A stretch of 64,000 bases of DNA, taken from Oligoflexia bacterium (GTDB lineage Bacteria; Bdellovibrionota_G; JANQFH01). Under the pieces are notes generated by a model. The model had not been told where the DNA came from and searched no databases. It worked only from the letters and a program-made list of their open reading frames with translations. A program made the position numbers and the translations under genes. The stretch spans positions 195,442 to 259,441 of the forward strand of contig JANQFH010000008.1 in assembly GCA_028277945.1 (NCBI GenBank), given 5' to 3'. Below, in pieces: positions 18,396-28,015 of the stretch; the stretch's first letter is position 1, and every line of letters begins with the position of its first letter.

Positions 18396-19142
18396 CTACT
18401 CTCCAAAACCCTTCACAAAAAACTTCTCATCGATCAACCGCAGACCCTCATAGACCTCATACTTGATCAAGGCACCCTTGGTATCGCGGTAGAGCCCTTT
18501 GCGCACTTGTCTTGGTTTTTTGTAAAGGCCCTCAACCTTGCTCAAAAAGGCTGCCAGTTCCTCTCTACTAAAAGGGCCATGCCGTTCCCAATCGAGCCAA
18601 TCAGGGCCAATGGAGACCACCACCGATAGCTCACGGCTGCCAGGTTTTACTCCACCAAAGAGCTTCTTTGCCATCCTCTGACTGCCAAGCGTCAGGAGGT
18701 GCCAGTTGCGGCTTTCAAAATGCTCTCGCTTGTTCTGCTGATCCATAAACATAAAATAGACGCCTTCGCTCCAGGAGCTACGATCCAGATTGACGCCTTT
18801 TTTGAAGCGCTCTAAAAATGTTTTTAAATCGGCAGGTTGATCATGCCAATGCCGTATGATCCTTTTGATAAAAGACCAGGTTGAGATGACAGACATGCCC
18901 TCCTCATCTTGCGACTGATCCAGAGAGTCGAGTTTTTCTAATTCATAACCTCTAAACAGTTCCGAACCTGTATCAGGCTCTGTTACCAGCAGCAGAGCAC
19001 CATCTTTAAGTTCCACAGTATCTCCAAACTCTATAGGTCTTTCGATATCCTCAGGAACTCCAGGGATATCAATCACTGTATCTCCCTGCTGTGCAAAGGG
19101 AGAGTCTGGATGGGGGGGTCGTTTTTCTCTCTCACGCATCAC
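18396..19142 (-). CDS. cytoplasmic protein, candidate immunity protein for the RES-domain toxin
   Basis: No signal peptide. Its start overlaps the toxin stop by 4 nt (19139-19142), the usual toxin-immunity coupling. No recognisable motif. Confidence 0.5.
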   Translation of the reverse strand: MMREREKRPPHPDSPFAQQGDTVIDIPGVPEDIERPIEFGDTVELKDGALLLVTEPDTGSELFRGYELEKLDSLDQSQDEEGMSVISTWSFIKRIIRHWHDQPADLKTFLERFKKGVNLDRSSWSEGVYFMFMDQQNKREHFESRNWHLLTLGSQRMAKKLFGGVKPGSRELSVVVSIGPDWLDWERHGPFSREELAAFLSKVEGLYKKPRQVRKGLYRDTKGALIKYEVYEGLRLIDEKFFVKGFGE

Positions 19143-20923
19143 TCTAGGGCCTCAAAAAGAACGACGTTAAAGCCATCTGGATTTCTTGCCGAGGGTACGA
19201 CAATACCACGATAGTGCAGCCGCGCCAATTCTCCTATTATTTGTGTTATTGAGTAATCCTCAGAGATCAAAGCTTCAGGAGCTATATTTAATAGCTCCCT
19301 GACACTTGGTTCATTAAGATCGAGCATGTTGTCGAGTGTGACATAGCGGCTTCTTGTTTCAATCACCCCCTTGACACCATGGGCTCGCATTTCCGCGGCG
19401 ATGGTCTGCCGATCGCCGCTCATGTAAAGCGCGCTTCTTCCCGGCGCTGAATAGCGATGGTTGGCGGCAATATTACCCTGCGGTATTTTCCACGAACCTG
19501 CTCGGTAAACATCACCTCTGTATTTACTTCCCTTGACAACACCTTGAACCAGCTTTTTGGTGGTATCAGGCCCCAAAGCTTGGCTCGCCCTTATCACCGC
19601 AGGCAGATGCTGCTGATCAAAGAGCTTTCTTGCCAAGCCACCACCACCGCGCCCTAGCAAACTGGTGGTCCCTCGGACCATGACCGTGCCTGACAGGACC
19701 ATAGGCACCATCATGGAGACAACTGTCTCTAAAGCCATCTCAAGCGGCAAGCTCGCCTCGACAACTCCAGTTGACGAATCCTCTTGTAGTGCCCACAAAT
19801 GGTAGTCTGCTGCCGCCATTTTGAGTGCTCCTGACAAGAACTCGCCGTCTCGGATATCTTGCACTCCCTCAATCATTAAATAGGCGGCATCTATAAGATG
19901 TGGCAGATCTGGCAGGGTTAAGGCATGATCGAGGGTAATCTCCACATGTTGCCAGATGTGTTGGGAGAGCCTCTCACCTAGATCGCGCTCTAACAGCGCC
20001 AACTCATCGAAGGTCTCAACACGGATGCGCGCCATGGAGCTGTCTGCTTCCAAATGGAGTCGACCTTTGGCCGTTGATTGAGCGCGTTCTGCTCGGTCAA
20101 TGAGTTCGTCTAATGTCTCCTGTATCCAGCGATGTCGTATGAGATCTCGCATGCTGCGAAGCTCGTGAACCCGCCGTGAGAATGCCGCGTAGCCATAGGC
20201 AACCACCTCCTTACTTGAAGCCCGTTCCACAGCCGCCAGGGCAACATCGGTGGAGGTGGCCGTGAGCCCCAGAAATAGTGGCAATCCATGTCTGTTTTCA
20301 GGAAGTGGCAACTGAGCTTGCTGTTGAAGTTGCACAAAAAGAGAGGAGTTGTGGATCATGTCACTAGCGGAACTGTGAGAAGCGAGATCGGAACCACCCC
20401 TTTCGTGGAGGGTGCGAATGTCGAGGCCGCTTGCAGATGATTCATCTCGAAGCTGATCATCTTGAGCTTGCTCTGCAGAGAGGCTTAGATGTTTGTTACT
20501 CTCTGCAACTGCAGTGTTGGCTTGAAGTAGGCTGAGGCCACGTTGCAACCCTGTAAGGTACTGAACTCTACGCCGAGCTTCCACATCACTGTGAGTCGGT
20601 GCTGAGCCTTCTTCATCCTCATCATCAAATCCACCGATCTCTCCTCTCGGGCTATCAAAGAAAGGGTCAAATCCTTCATCTTCTGTTTTGTCTTTGGGTT
20701 TTTGAGAGGAAACGATAACAATAGGCGTGTCAAAAACAATATGGACGTTGCCATCGGAGTCAACGGTCACATTTCCTGGCTCTGTGGTGTAGTCGTGCTC
20801 TCTTTCCTGAGCTGATTCAGTTTGTCCTGCATCATCTTGTGCAACAAGCTCTCTCTGCAACGGCGAAAAAAGACAAATCGTCGCGATCAATAAATAAAGC
20901 AGGCTTTTACATGAAATTTTCAT
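19139..20923 (-). CDS. Sec-signal polymorphic toxin with C-terminal RES domain
   Basis: Signal peptide LLYLLIATICLFSPL. The C-terminus NHRYSAPGRSALYMSGDRQTIAAEMRAH .. YRGIVVPSARNPDGFNVVLF fits the RES (Arg-Glu-Ser) pattern. Its overall build is similar to 52634-54766. Confidence 0.75.
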   Translation of the reverse strand: MKISCKSLLYLLIATICLFSPLQRELVAQDDAGQTESAQEREHDYTTEPGNVTVDSDGNVHIVFDTPIVIVSSQKPKDKTEDEGFDPFFDSPRGEIGGFDDEDEEGSAPTHSDVEARRRVQYLTGLQRGLSLLQANTAVAESNKHLSLSAEQAQDDQLRDESSASGLDIRTLHERGGSDLASHSSASDMIHNSSLFVQLQQQAQLPLPENRHGLPLFLGLTATSTDVALAAVERASSKEVVAYGYAAFSRRVHELRSMRDLIRHRWIQETLDELIDRAERAQSTAKGRLHLEADSSMARIRVETFDELALLERDLGERLSQHIWQHVEITLDHALTLPDLPHLIDAAYLMIEGVQDIRDGEFLSGALKMAAADYHLWALQEDSSTGVVEASLPLEMALETVVSMMVPMVLSGTVMVRGTTSLLGRGGGGLARKLFDQQHLPAVIRASQALGPDTTKKLVQGVVKGSKYRGDVYRAGSWKIPQGNIAANHRYSAPGRSALYMSGDRQTIAAEMRAHGVKGVIETRSRYVTLDNMLDLNEPSVRELLNIAPEALISEDYSITQIIGELARLHYRGIVVPSARNPDGFNVVLFEALE

Positions 20924-22077
20924 TTTGCCAGGCTCAGAATCAACTGTAATAGAAATGTGCCGTCCCCCTCCAAGGCTTTGGCGATCTCCAACAAGAGTTC
21001 AAGCTCTTTTGCCTTTTCAGTATCTCCTTGCGCCTTCAAAGCGCTGATTCTTTTCTCAGCCTCTGCAACTGGATTGAATCCCTTGACAATACCGGCAATT
21101 CTCTCGATATCCTCTTGACTATGAGCAACAAGTACTTCCAGGTCTCCTTTCAGCTCAGCATCGCTCAACTGTGGTAACACCTCCTCCCGGATCATGTGCG
21201 TTGCTGTAGACCACGTGAAAATGGCTTCTAATGCGGCAAAGAAATCTCGATTGACCAAAACCTCTTTTTGAACCTCAAGCTTCAACGAGGAGAAGAGATC
21301 GGAAATGTCGAAAAGAAAATCAATCCGTTGAAAATCAGCAAAGTATTGTTCCTTGAGCTCCTTATAAATCGCCGCTGACAGTTCAGCGGGTGCAGCGGCA
21401 AGATAGGAGGCAAGCTGATTGTCACTGCGATCGAGTTTTCGCAGCAGAACATCAACCGCCTGTACGAGCCTATCCCCAGTCTCCAAAGCTTCTTTAAAAC
21501 CAATAATGACCTTGCGGTCCTCTTCTCGAATCCGCCGTTCCACTTCCCGAAATCCTTCTAAGTAGAGAGGATCTAATCGGTTACCAGGCGGAGGTATCCG
21601 TTCATCGATGTCTTCTCGGGTTAGCTCTGGAATAACCGCTGATAGACCGGAAGTCGCCGACAGGGCGACCTGTCGAGAGCCTGCAAGCAGGTTTCTCGCT
21701 GCATCAATGTGCGAGCGGACTTGAAAGGCGAGCGACACAGCCTGACGTATCTCTTCTCTAGAGGATGCTGTTTTAACGGCGTTGACTTTGGCAAAGGGAG
21801 CCTCCAACCCTTCTTTGGTACGGCGAAATTCGTTAAGGGCAGCCGTTAGTCGACGCGTTGACCTCGAGGCCCTTGCATAAAGACCCCGATAGTGCTTATG
21901 CGCTGCGGTGCGTCCCTCACTCTTAACGGTAGCGCTCCTGGTCTGCTCGTATTTAAGCTGGAGACGCCGCAGCTCACCTTCCAGTTCCTCTACCGACTGC
22001 GCAAAGGCAGGTGAAAGAACAAAAAGCGAGATCAGCAACGATTTTAAGACCGACATGGGTAAGTATTTAAAGCACAT
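20920..22077 (-). CDS. secreted coiled-coil accessory protein 'X' of toxin module 1 (paralog of 54768..55964)
   Basis: Signal peptide ends ..SPAFAQSVEELEGE. The paralog has ..SLSQAQSVEEMARE. It is helical and charged throughout. Overlaps the toxin start by 4 nt. The likely start is MSVLKSLL (22056). Confidence 0.7.
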   Translation of the reverse strand: MCFKYLPMSVLKSLLISLFVLSPAFAQSVEELEGELRRLQLKYEQTRSATVKSEGRTAAHKHYRGLYARASRSTRRLTAALNEFRRTKEGLEAPFAKVNAVKTASSREEIRQAVSLAFQVRSHIDAARNLLAGSRQVALSATSGLSAVIPELTREDIDERIPPPGNRLDPLYLEGFREVERRIREEDRKVIIGFKEALETGDRLVQAVDVLLRKLDRSDNQLASYLAAAPAELSAAIYKELKEQYFADFQRIDFLFDISDLFSSLKLEVQKEVLVNRDFFAALEAIFTWSTATHMIREEVLPQLSDAELKGDLEVLVAHSQEDIERIAGIVKGFNPVAEAEKRISALKAQGDTEKAKELELLLEIAKALEGDGTFLLQLILSLAK

Positions 22078-22313
22078 TTAATGCCATCGAGCTGAGAGTT
22101 CAACTTTTTAAACAAAGTTCGTACCTTCTGAAACAAACTAGCCACCACAAGAACTGCTGCCACGCGTTTCAAGAACGACCACTTTGTCCATATAAGAAAC
22201 AAACCGTTCACGATCAAATCAGTCGTCGAAAAGCCTTCTTGTTCTTGGTGATGGCTACCGGGACGGTTCTGTGCACCAGCCCATCCGGTCCAGACTTCAC
22301 CGCTCTAAACTCT

Positions 22314-24110
22314 CTAACTCTGAGGCCGCAGGCCAATTGGAACGAGGCTAGCGAGACTTTTAGGAATACATTTCACACCAAGTCGAGCACAATTCATGAG
22401 GACAACCTCCTCTTCAAAATGGCTTGTCACAAGTATAGCCTGATCTTGAAGGTTGAGCTCTTCAATGAGATCGAGCCCGGTTTCCTTAAAGTTGAGAAGT
22501 TCATAGTCACACAGAAATAAAGCATTGTGTGTATCATTCTTCTCAACCCATGTTCTTATGGCGTCGGGTGTAGACAGATTGTCAAGTTTGATCCTATTTC
22601 CTCCTCCGTTGCGTAATGCATGAAATCGCTCTCGCCAAATCTGATGAATCGTAGGATCGTCGTCCAAGGTTACAATGCGGGAGTCTGGCGCAACTTCAAG
22701 TCTGGGTACAAACCAAGACGGAGGACTTTCTTTGGGTAAAAGCAGAGATATCTGAGTACCTTGTCCTTCCGTACTCTCAATTTTAAGCTCACCTCCCCAG
22801 CTTTCAGCGGCCACTTTTGCATGATAGACTCCAAGACCTAGACCACTATCCGTTCCCCCCTTTCCATAGGTCACTCCCTTTTGGCCCAGTTTTCCGAGAA
22901 TGTCCGGTGGTATTCCTGTCCCGTCGTCTTTTACATAGAGACACAATGTTGAATTATTATGTTGGAACAGGCCAATTTCGATGACACCCTCATCGGTCAT
23001 TGCTTCAACAGAGTTATTTACAAGATTTGAAATTACACGCTTAAGCTCAACAGCACTGACTTTGGCAAACAGTCCGTAGGATTTTTCATCCAATTTGGCC
23101 TCAATTCGGATTCCTGTTTTAGTTCGGAATTGACCCCGTTTTTCGCTGACGATACTTTCTATAATACTTGATATCAACCAAGTCCTTCTCATGGCTTGAT
23201 TGGGCCTCTCGTCATGTTGAGCCTGATGTATATTTCTGCCCAGCAAGTTGTTGGCGATATCTTTAATACGTTGGGACGCATTACGTATAAGAACGCGTTT
23301 CTCTTCCGGAATGTCTACAAGAGTGCCAGCCAAAAGATCCAATGCTGCTACAGGAGCTCGTATATCATGCGCGATTTGTTGAGCCACTTGGTAAACAGCT
23401 TCCGCCTTTTTTGTTTCGATCCTATATTGATTTGACTGAAGAGTTTGTTGCGCAAGTTTCCTAATGGAAGAGGTGAGAATAACAACTTCGGACAGATCAC
23501 CCTTGATATTTGGCTGATCAAGGAGTGAAAGATCTTCTAAGTTGCCACTTTCAGCTGTTTGACTAAGCGTGTGTAGCGGTGCTGAGATCCGATGTGCCAC
23601 TCTTTTTAGCATAAGGAAAGCTATAGCAGCGATAGTCATTAAGACAAATAGAGATACTCCCATAATCCGGTAGTATAGACCACGAATGATTCCGGTATTA
23701 AACCTCATACTAACCATAGCCGCTGGTTGTGTCTTTTCGTCGTCAAAATATACAGTGCGTTCAACGACAAATTTACTCGTCCTCGACACTTCTGCAGTTT
23801 CTGGTAAACTCTCGTAAATAACTTCTCCTCTTATGTTCGAAATAATAATGTTATCTATGGCCTCTTTTTTTATCAAGAGATTGCACTTTTCACGGATGCT
23901 GAGGTGAGAGCCGGTAAGAATTTCGTAGCGAATATTCTCGGAAAAGAGTTCTAAAATCATCTCATGTTTTGACGCAACTAAGTTATCGAAACTCTTGTTA
24001 ACCGCAAATAGAATTAGGATTCCCACAAGAATTAAACCCAATGATACTGTTATTGAAAAAGTTCTGAGTAAACTGGTGAATACAGTATGTTGACGTTTAG
24101 GCATTTCCAC
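22314..24110 (-). CDS. hybrid sensor histidine kinase (cassette B)
   Basis: Two TM segments. H-box IAHDIRAPVAAL. N-box NLVNNSVEAM. G-boxes DDGTGIP and GTDSGLGLG. C-terminal receiver-like domain (IVTLDDD .. LFLCDYEL .. ILVTSH .. IPK). Confidence 0.85.
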   Translation of the reverse strand: MEMPKRQHTVFTSLLRTFSITVSLGLILVGILILFAVNKSFDNLVASKHEMILELFSENIRYEILTGSHLSIREKCNLLIKKEAIDNIIISNIRGEVIYESLPETAEVSRTSKFVVERTVYFDDEKTQPAAMVSMRFNTGIIRGLYYRIMGVSLFVLMTIAAIAFLMLKRVAHRISAPLHTLSQTAESGNLEDLSLLDQPNIKGDLSEVVILTSSIRKLAQQTLQSNQYRIETKKAEAVYQVAQQIAHDIRAPVAALDLLAGTLVDIPEEKRVLIRNASQRIKDIANNLLGRNIHQAQHDERPNQAMRRTWLISSIIESIVSEKRGQFRTKTGIRIEAKLDEKSYGLFAKVSAVELKRVISNLVNNSVEAMTDEGVIEIGLFQHNNSTLCLYVKDDGTGIPPDILGKLGQKGVTYGKGGTDSGLGLGVYHAKVAAESWGGELKIESTEGQGTQISLLLPKESPPSWFVPRLEVAPDSRIVTLDDDPTIHQIWRERFHALRNGGGNRIKLDNLSTPDAIRTWVEKNDTHNALFLCDYELLNFKETGLDLIEELNLQDQAILVTSHFEEEVVLMNCARLGVKCIPKSLASLVPIGLRPQS

Positions 24111-25611
24111 CTAATCCTTTTCGGTGCAATTTCCATAATTCATGAAAAAATGTCTCTCCAAATTTTGGCATGTCTATTTGCTTTTTTAAGAGAATAGGAT
24201 AGTCAAAGGCCAGAATAGGGACAAAAAAATGTCTGCTTTCAAAATCTACCAGCTCTCTCTCGTACAGTTTTAGGCGTCGCAAGCGTTTTTTAGTAAACCG
24301 GATTGCCGAAATCCTATCCAAGAATTCTTTAACGGGAAATAATCTTTCAACGCCAAATAGCTTGCTCTGTAGAGGCCACAGGTAGCCATCTGGATCAGTT
24401 AGGCCTGCACCAAAAATAAAAGAGATCAGATCGAAATCCCCTGTCTTGTAGTAATTCAATAGCAGGGCCAAATCGACGATTCGAATATCCGGAACTAACC
24501 CTAGTCGTTCTAAAAGGGAGGAAACGCTATTGATGTGTTGCTGAGACATAAAACCTTTGTATACAACGACTCGAAATTTGTGGCCCTCAAGTTTCGGATA
24601 TTTTGTGACAAAGTTATCTTCAGTGATTTGGCTTTTTCTTGGTCCATAATAAGACATCGGAAGAGTACCCTCGGGAAGGAAGGTATGAAGAGATTTCTGG
24701 AAAGGCACTAGATTTTTCTTGATGGTGGATAGTGATGAAATAAGATAGCTTAAGTCGCGTCGTAGATTAGAGGACTTTAGATGGGCTCTATGTGTGTTAT
24801 ATAGGAAATGTAACACAAACACATTGTTGGGAAGAACCACATCAAAGCTGCTGCTATCAAGTTTGATTTTCGCAAGTTCATATGGGGCCACACCCAAAAA
24901 AACATCGAATTTGTTGGCCTCTATCAAGGTTCTTAAATCACTATAATCGTATCCTTCAACCACAAGTTTATAAATATTTTCGGAGGAAGTTCTTGGTTCA
25001 AAGCTCCAAGTTTTTCCTTTATTTGTTAGACTTGCAGTCATTAAACCGGAGCCGGTACAACAAAACGATTCTTTTTCGACAATGCCAAAAAGAGGATTGT
25101 TAAGAAGCTTTAGAAAAGGAGGATAGGGCCCCTTGAGATAAAATCTAATGTGTTGTTCGTCTATTGCCTCGACAGCATTGGTGCCTGCTTTGGTCTTGGG
25201 TTGCAGGGCAAGCTCCAAAATCGATCGTGAAGAAAAGTTTGATTCTAAAATTCTGAGAAATGAGTGCTCAACATCTTTGGCAGTGATTTTTCTTCCATTA
25301 TGAAAGCGTAGGTTAGGTTTTAGCTTAAAAGTGTATTCTCTGCCACTATCGTTTATGCTCCAACTTTCGGCTAGTTCAGACACAACAATACCTCTCTCAT
25401 TCAGGCGGACTAGACGCGAAAATACACAGGCGCTCATCATAAGGTGCGATACCGATACTATTTTCATTGGATCTAGAGTTTGTGGGAGAATGCTCACACC
25501 AATCTTTAGTTCATTGTAATTCGTCAGGTCTTTTGCCAGCAAATCAGTACTCAAAAAGCATATTAAGAATAGCACGGAGAAAATATTGAATTGTTTAGCA
25601 CTCTTTTTCAT
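24097..25611 (-). CDS. periplasmic solute-binding protein, family 5 (cassette B)
   Basis: Start taken at MKKSAKQFNIFSVLFLICFLSTDLLA (signal peptide), 6 nt after the MFS stop. Signature region LAESWSINDSGREYTFKLKPNLRFHNGRKITAKDVEHSF. The 3' end overlaps the HK start by 14 nt. Confidence 0.85.
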   Translation of the reverse strand: MKKSAKQFNIFSVLFLICFLSTDLLAKDLTNYNELKIGVSILPQTLDPMKIVSVSHLMMSACVFSRLVRLNERGIVVSELAESWSINDSGREYTFKLKPNLRFHNGRKITAKDVEHSFLRILESNFSSRSILELALQPKTKAGTNAVEAIDEQHIRFYLKGPYPPFLKLLNNPLFGIVEKESFCCTGSGLMTASLTNKGKTWSFEPRTSSENIYKLVVEGYDYSDLRTLIEANKFDVFLGVAPYELAKIKLDSSSFDVVLPNNVFVLHFLYNTHRAHLKSSNLRRDLSYLISSLSTIKKNLVPFQKSLHTFLPEGTLPMSYYGPRKSQITEDNFVTKYPKLEGHKFRVVVYKGFMSQQHINSVSSLLERLGLVPDIRIVDLALLLNYYKTGDFDLISFIFGAGLTDPDGYLWPLQSKLFGVERLFPVKEFLDRISAIRFTKKRLRRLKLYERELVDFESRHFFVPILAFDYPILLKKQIDMPKFGETFFHELWKLHRKGLGGNA

Positions 25612-25616
25612 TTGTG

Positions 25617-26933
25617 TTATGATCCTGACCGCACAGAGCTCTTTCGTTTTTGTTCGGATAATAAATAGACAGAAAAAATAGAAACAACACAGATGATACA
25701 CACTGTAATCATGGCCTCTTCAACAGAAGGAGCTCCATCTCTACATTTGCCTAGGTACCAGCTGTAGAAGCCGATACCTGCAAAAGCAGGCATATTCTGT
25801 AAACTTAGAGCTGTTGCCAATTCCTCATTGTCTACTACGGAGCATAGAAGGTTAGTTGCTAATGCGCCTGTGGCTCCGACCACAACATCAGCCATAACGG
25901 CGTATACTAAGATCATGAGGATTAGCATCGTAGGGTTTAGTGAGCTGAATGTACATAAAATATACAGACTGATTGTAGCAAGAAGAGTAAAGTGAATTAA
26001 GAGGTAATTATTTGTACTTAATCTTTTGCTCATCACTAGCCTTGGTAGTACATGTCCTCTTACAATCCATCCTATTCCACCATAAGCAAAGGTAAAGAGT
26101 CCCATGATAAACCACGAGAATAGGCCGTGGTCCGCATTTCCAAACTGTCTACCCAGAGTGATCGCAAAGTAGCCCGCGTTTACTGCAGCTAACATAAAGG
26201 CTGATAGCCGTAAATAAATCGCCTTTTTGGCGACCATACTTTGCCGTAACCTGCTGATTAGATTCGATGTGCTTGGTCTCCCCCCACTTATTGAAGTATC
26301 ACCATAAATACGAAAGTCCCTGAAAAGACGATAGAATCCTGCATACCATAGCAAAATACCGATGATCAGTGTGTGATGCACTCCAATGGTGTGATAGGTA
26401 ACAAAAAGTAAGACAAAAGCCAGCAGGATAACCAAGGCTGTGAGATATTTCCCGGCATGTTGGCTGAGAGTAAAACTTTGGCTGGCCATTTTCTCTGCTT
26501 CGTTATGTCCTTTTGATAACCTACGGATAGCATCCTGGTAGAAAGCCTCCACAGATCCTGAAATCAATGGCTTTGAAAATCCAACAATGACGCCATGTAT
26601 GATAAAAAGAAGCCGAGAAAAGGTGTTCGGCATGCTCGGGAAAAGGGCCACATAGATGCCACAGGTTCCAAGGAGAATAAGAAAACCGCCCAATAGTGCG
26701 CAAGGAATTCTACCAAAACGATCCGCAACGTATCCCATTGGAACTTCAAAAATCACATTCATCAGAAACTCAATGCCCGTAAGCAGAGCAACTGTATCAA
26801 GCGGTACGTTAGCCAGCACACCAGCAGTAATACGGAAAGTGATCGAAATGAAATGAGTTGATGCGAGGTTGAGAGCTCTAAATATACCTAAACTTTTAAC
26901 ACATGCTTGAGTTTGTGCGAGGGTTTGATCCAT
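25617..26933 (-). CDS. MFS transporter (cassette B)
   Basis: MFS motif A-like GYVADRFGRIPCALLGG. About 12 hydrophobic helices. Confidence 0.8.
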   Translation of the reverse strand: MDQTLAQTQACVKSLGIFRALNLASTHFISITFRITAGVLANVPLDTVALLTGIEFLMNVIFEVPMGYVADRFGRIPCALLGGFLILLGTCGIYVALFPSMPNTFSRLLFIIHGVIVGFSKPLISGSVEAFYQDAIRRLSKGHNEAEKMASQSFTLSQHAGKYLTALVILLAFVLLFVTYHTIGVHHTLIIGILLWYAGFYRLFRDFRIYGDTSISGGRPSTSNLISRLRQSMVAKKAIYLRLSAFMLAAVNAGYFAITLGRQFGNADHGLFSWFIMGLFTFAYGGIGWIVRGHVLPRLVMSKRLSTNNYLLIHFTLLATISLYILCTFSSLNPTMLILMILVYAVMADVVVGATGALATNLLCSVVDNEELATALSLQNMPAFAGIGFYSWYLGKCRDGAPSVEEAMITVCIICVVSIFSVYLLSEQKRKSSVRSGS

Positions 26934-26945
26934 TATGATCTCTAT

Positions 26946-27779
26946 TTACACTTCTATTCTCTCTCTGACACCTAGCATAAACAACTTAATGTCCTTATCG
27001 AATTCCAGAAGACCAGATTTTGTAATAGTAGTAAGATCCTTTATATACTTGTTCTTATAACAATCTAAAATACGACTGGAACTCTGCTTGATTAACTCTT
27101 CTATCGAGTGATTCGAATGTATCCGCAAACCAAGTTCCAGCATGGCCGCCTCAGCAAAGGCTGCATGATAGATACCGAACAGTGGCCTTTTCATGTTTCT
27201 CAAAGCTGATCGGTCTTCTTTTGCCCATGGATAGCGATTCACTGTGGCTTCACTTTTTGTTGCAAAGACAATAGTAAGGTAGTGATGGCCCAACTCGTGA
27301 GCTAGAATTTCTGCCCACTTCACAGGGTCATCACTATTCATTACATATTCAATAAGTCCAAAGACTTGGGGATCAGAGGCTGATTCGTGTTCAACACCTT
27401 GCCTGGGAAAACACATTCTTGGTTTGATAATTTGCTCAAATGCAAATAGTTTCTTCCATACTACTCCGATAATTGTTCTTGCTGCAGAGTATAGTGCTTC
27501 TTTTTCTGGATAGCGTTGCAGTGAAGAATCAAAAATAATGTTACTGCCAACTACGAACTTGCTACGTGCGATATCACGAGTTATTAGATTGCTAACTTGG
27601 TCAGTTGACAGACTAAACTTATCACGATTGAAATAGATCCAAGAGAGAGTTGATAAGCTCAATTCTCTATTAATGTCTATATTGCGGAATGCTGGTATGA
27701 GCTTAAGAGCTTGCATTCCCTGCTGTCTAAATTGACTAACGTATTTTTTTGTCAGATCAATTGAGAATATAGAAGGCAT
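26946..27779 (-). CDS. HExxH-motif protein (cassette B), paralog of 12609..13601
   Basis: ILAHELGHHYL, then KRPLFGIYHAAFAEAAM. Both blocks are shared with the cassette D protein. Confidence 0.6.
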   Translation of the reverse strand: MPSIFSIDLTKKYVSQFRQQGMQALKLIPAFRNIDINRELSLSTLSWIYFNRDKFSLSTDQVSNLITRDIARSKFVVGSNIIFDSSLQRYPEKEALYSAARTIIGVVWKKLFAFEQIIKPRMCFPRQGVEHESASDPQVFGLIEYVMNSDDPVKWAEILAHELGHHYLTIVFATKSEATVNRYPWAKEDRSALRNMKRPLFGIYHAAFAEAAMLELGLRIHSNHSIEELIKQSSSRILDCYKNKYIKDLTTITKSGLLEFDKDIKLFMLGVRERIEV

Positions 27780-27817
27780 TCATCATGCCAATTTTTTATT
27801 ACGTTTTAGTTGCCTCA

Positions 27818-27922
27818 CTACGACCCGGTAGGTATGCTAGCTAACTTAGCACCTAGCACACGGTGTGATTGAAAAGAGAAATTGAAGGAAACTGTCTTTT
27901 TACTTTCGTTGCTTTTTGCCAT
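27818..27922 (-). CDS. candidate precursor/signal peptide, 34 aa (cassette B); not in ORF track
   Basis: Minus-strand ATG at 27922-27920. Translation checked codon by codon: MAKSNESKKTVSFNFSFQSHRVLGAKLASIPTGS*. RBS AGGAG at 27934-27930, 7 nt before the ATG. The stop is 38 nt upstream of the HExxH start. Confidence 0.5.
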   Translation of the reverse strand: MAKSNESKKTVSFNFSFQSHRVLGAKLASIPTGS

Positions 27923-28015
27923 TTTCTAGCTCCTGGTTACAGATGGTTTGTAACTTGTTTGTAATTTTGTCAGTTACACATTATCTGGAATCGATAGCAA
28001 TTAATACCTTTTCAA

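Noticed and set aside
22144-22165. Sigma-54-like motif TGGCAGcagttcTTGT upstream of toxin operon 1
   Set aside because: The -12 position reads TG, not GC, at the required 10-nt spacing from GG. It therefore fails the core GG-N10-GC rule.
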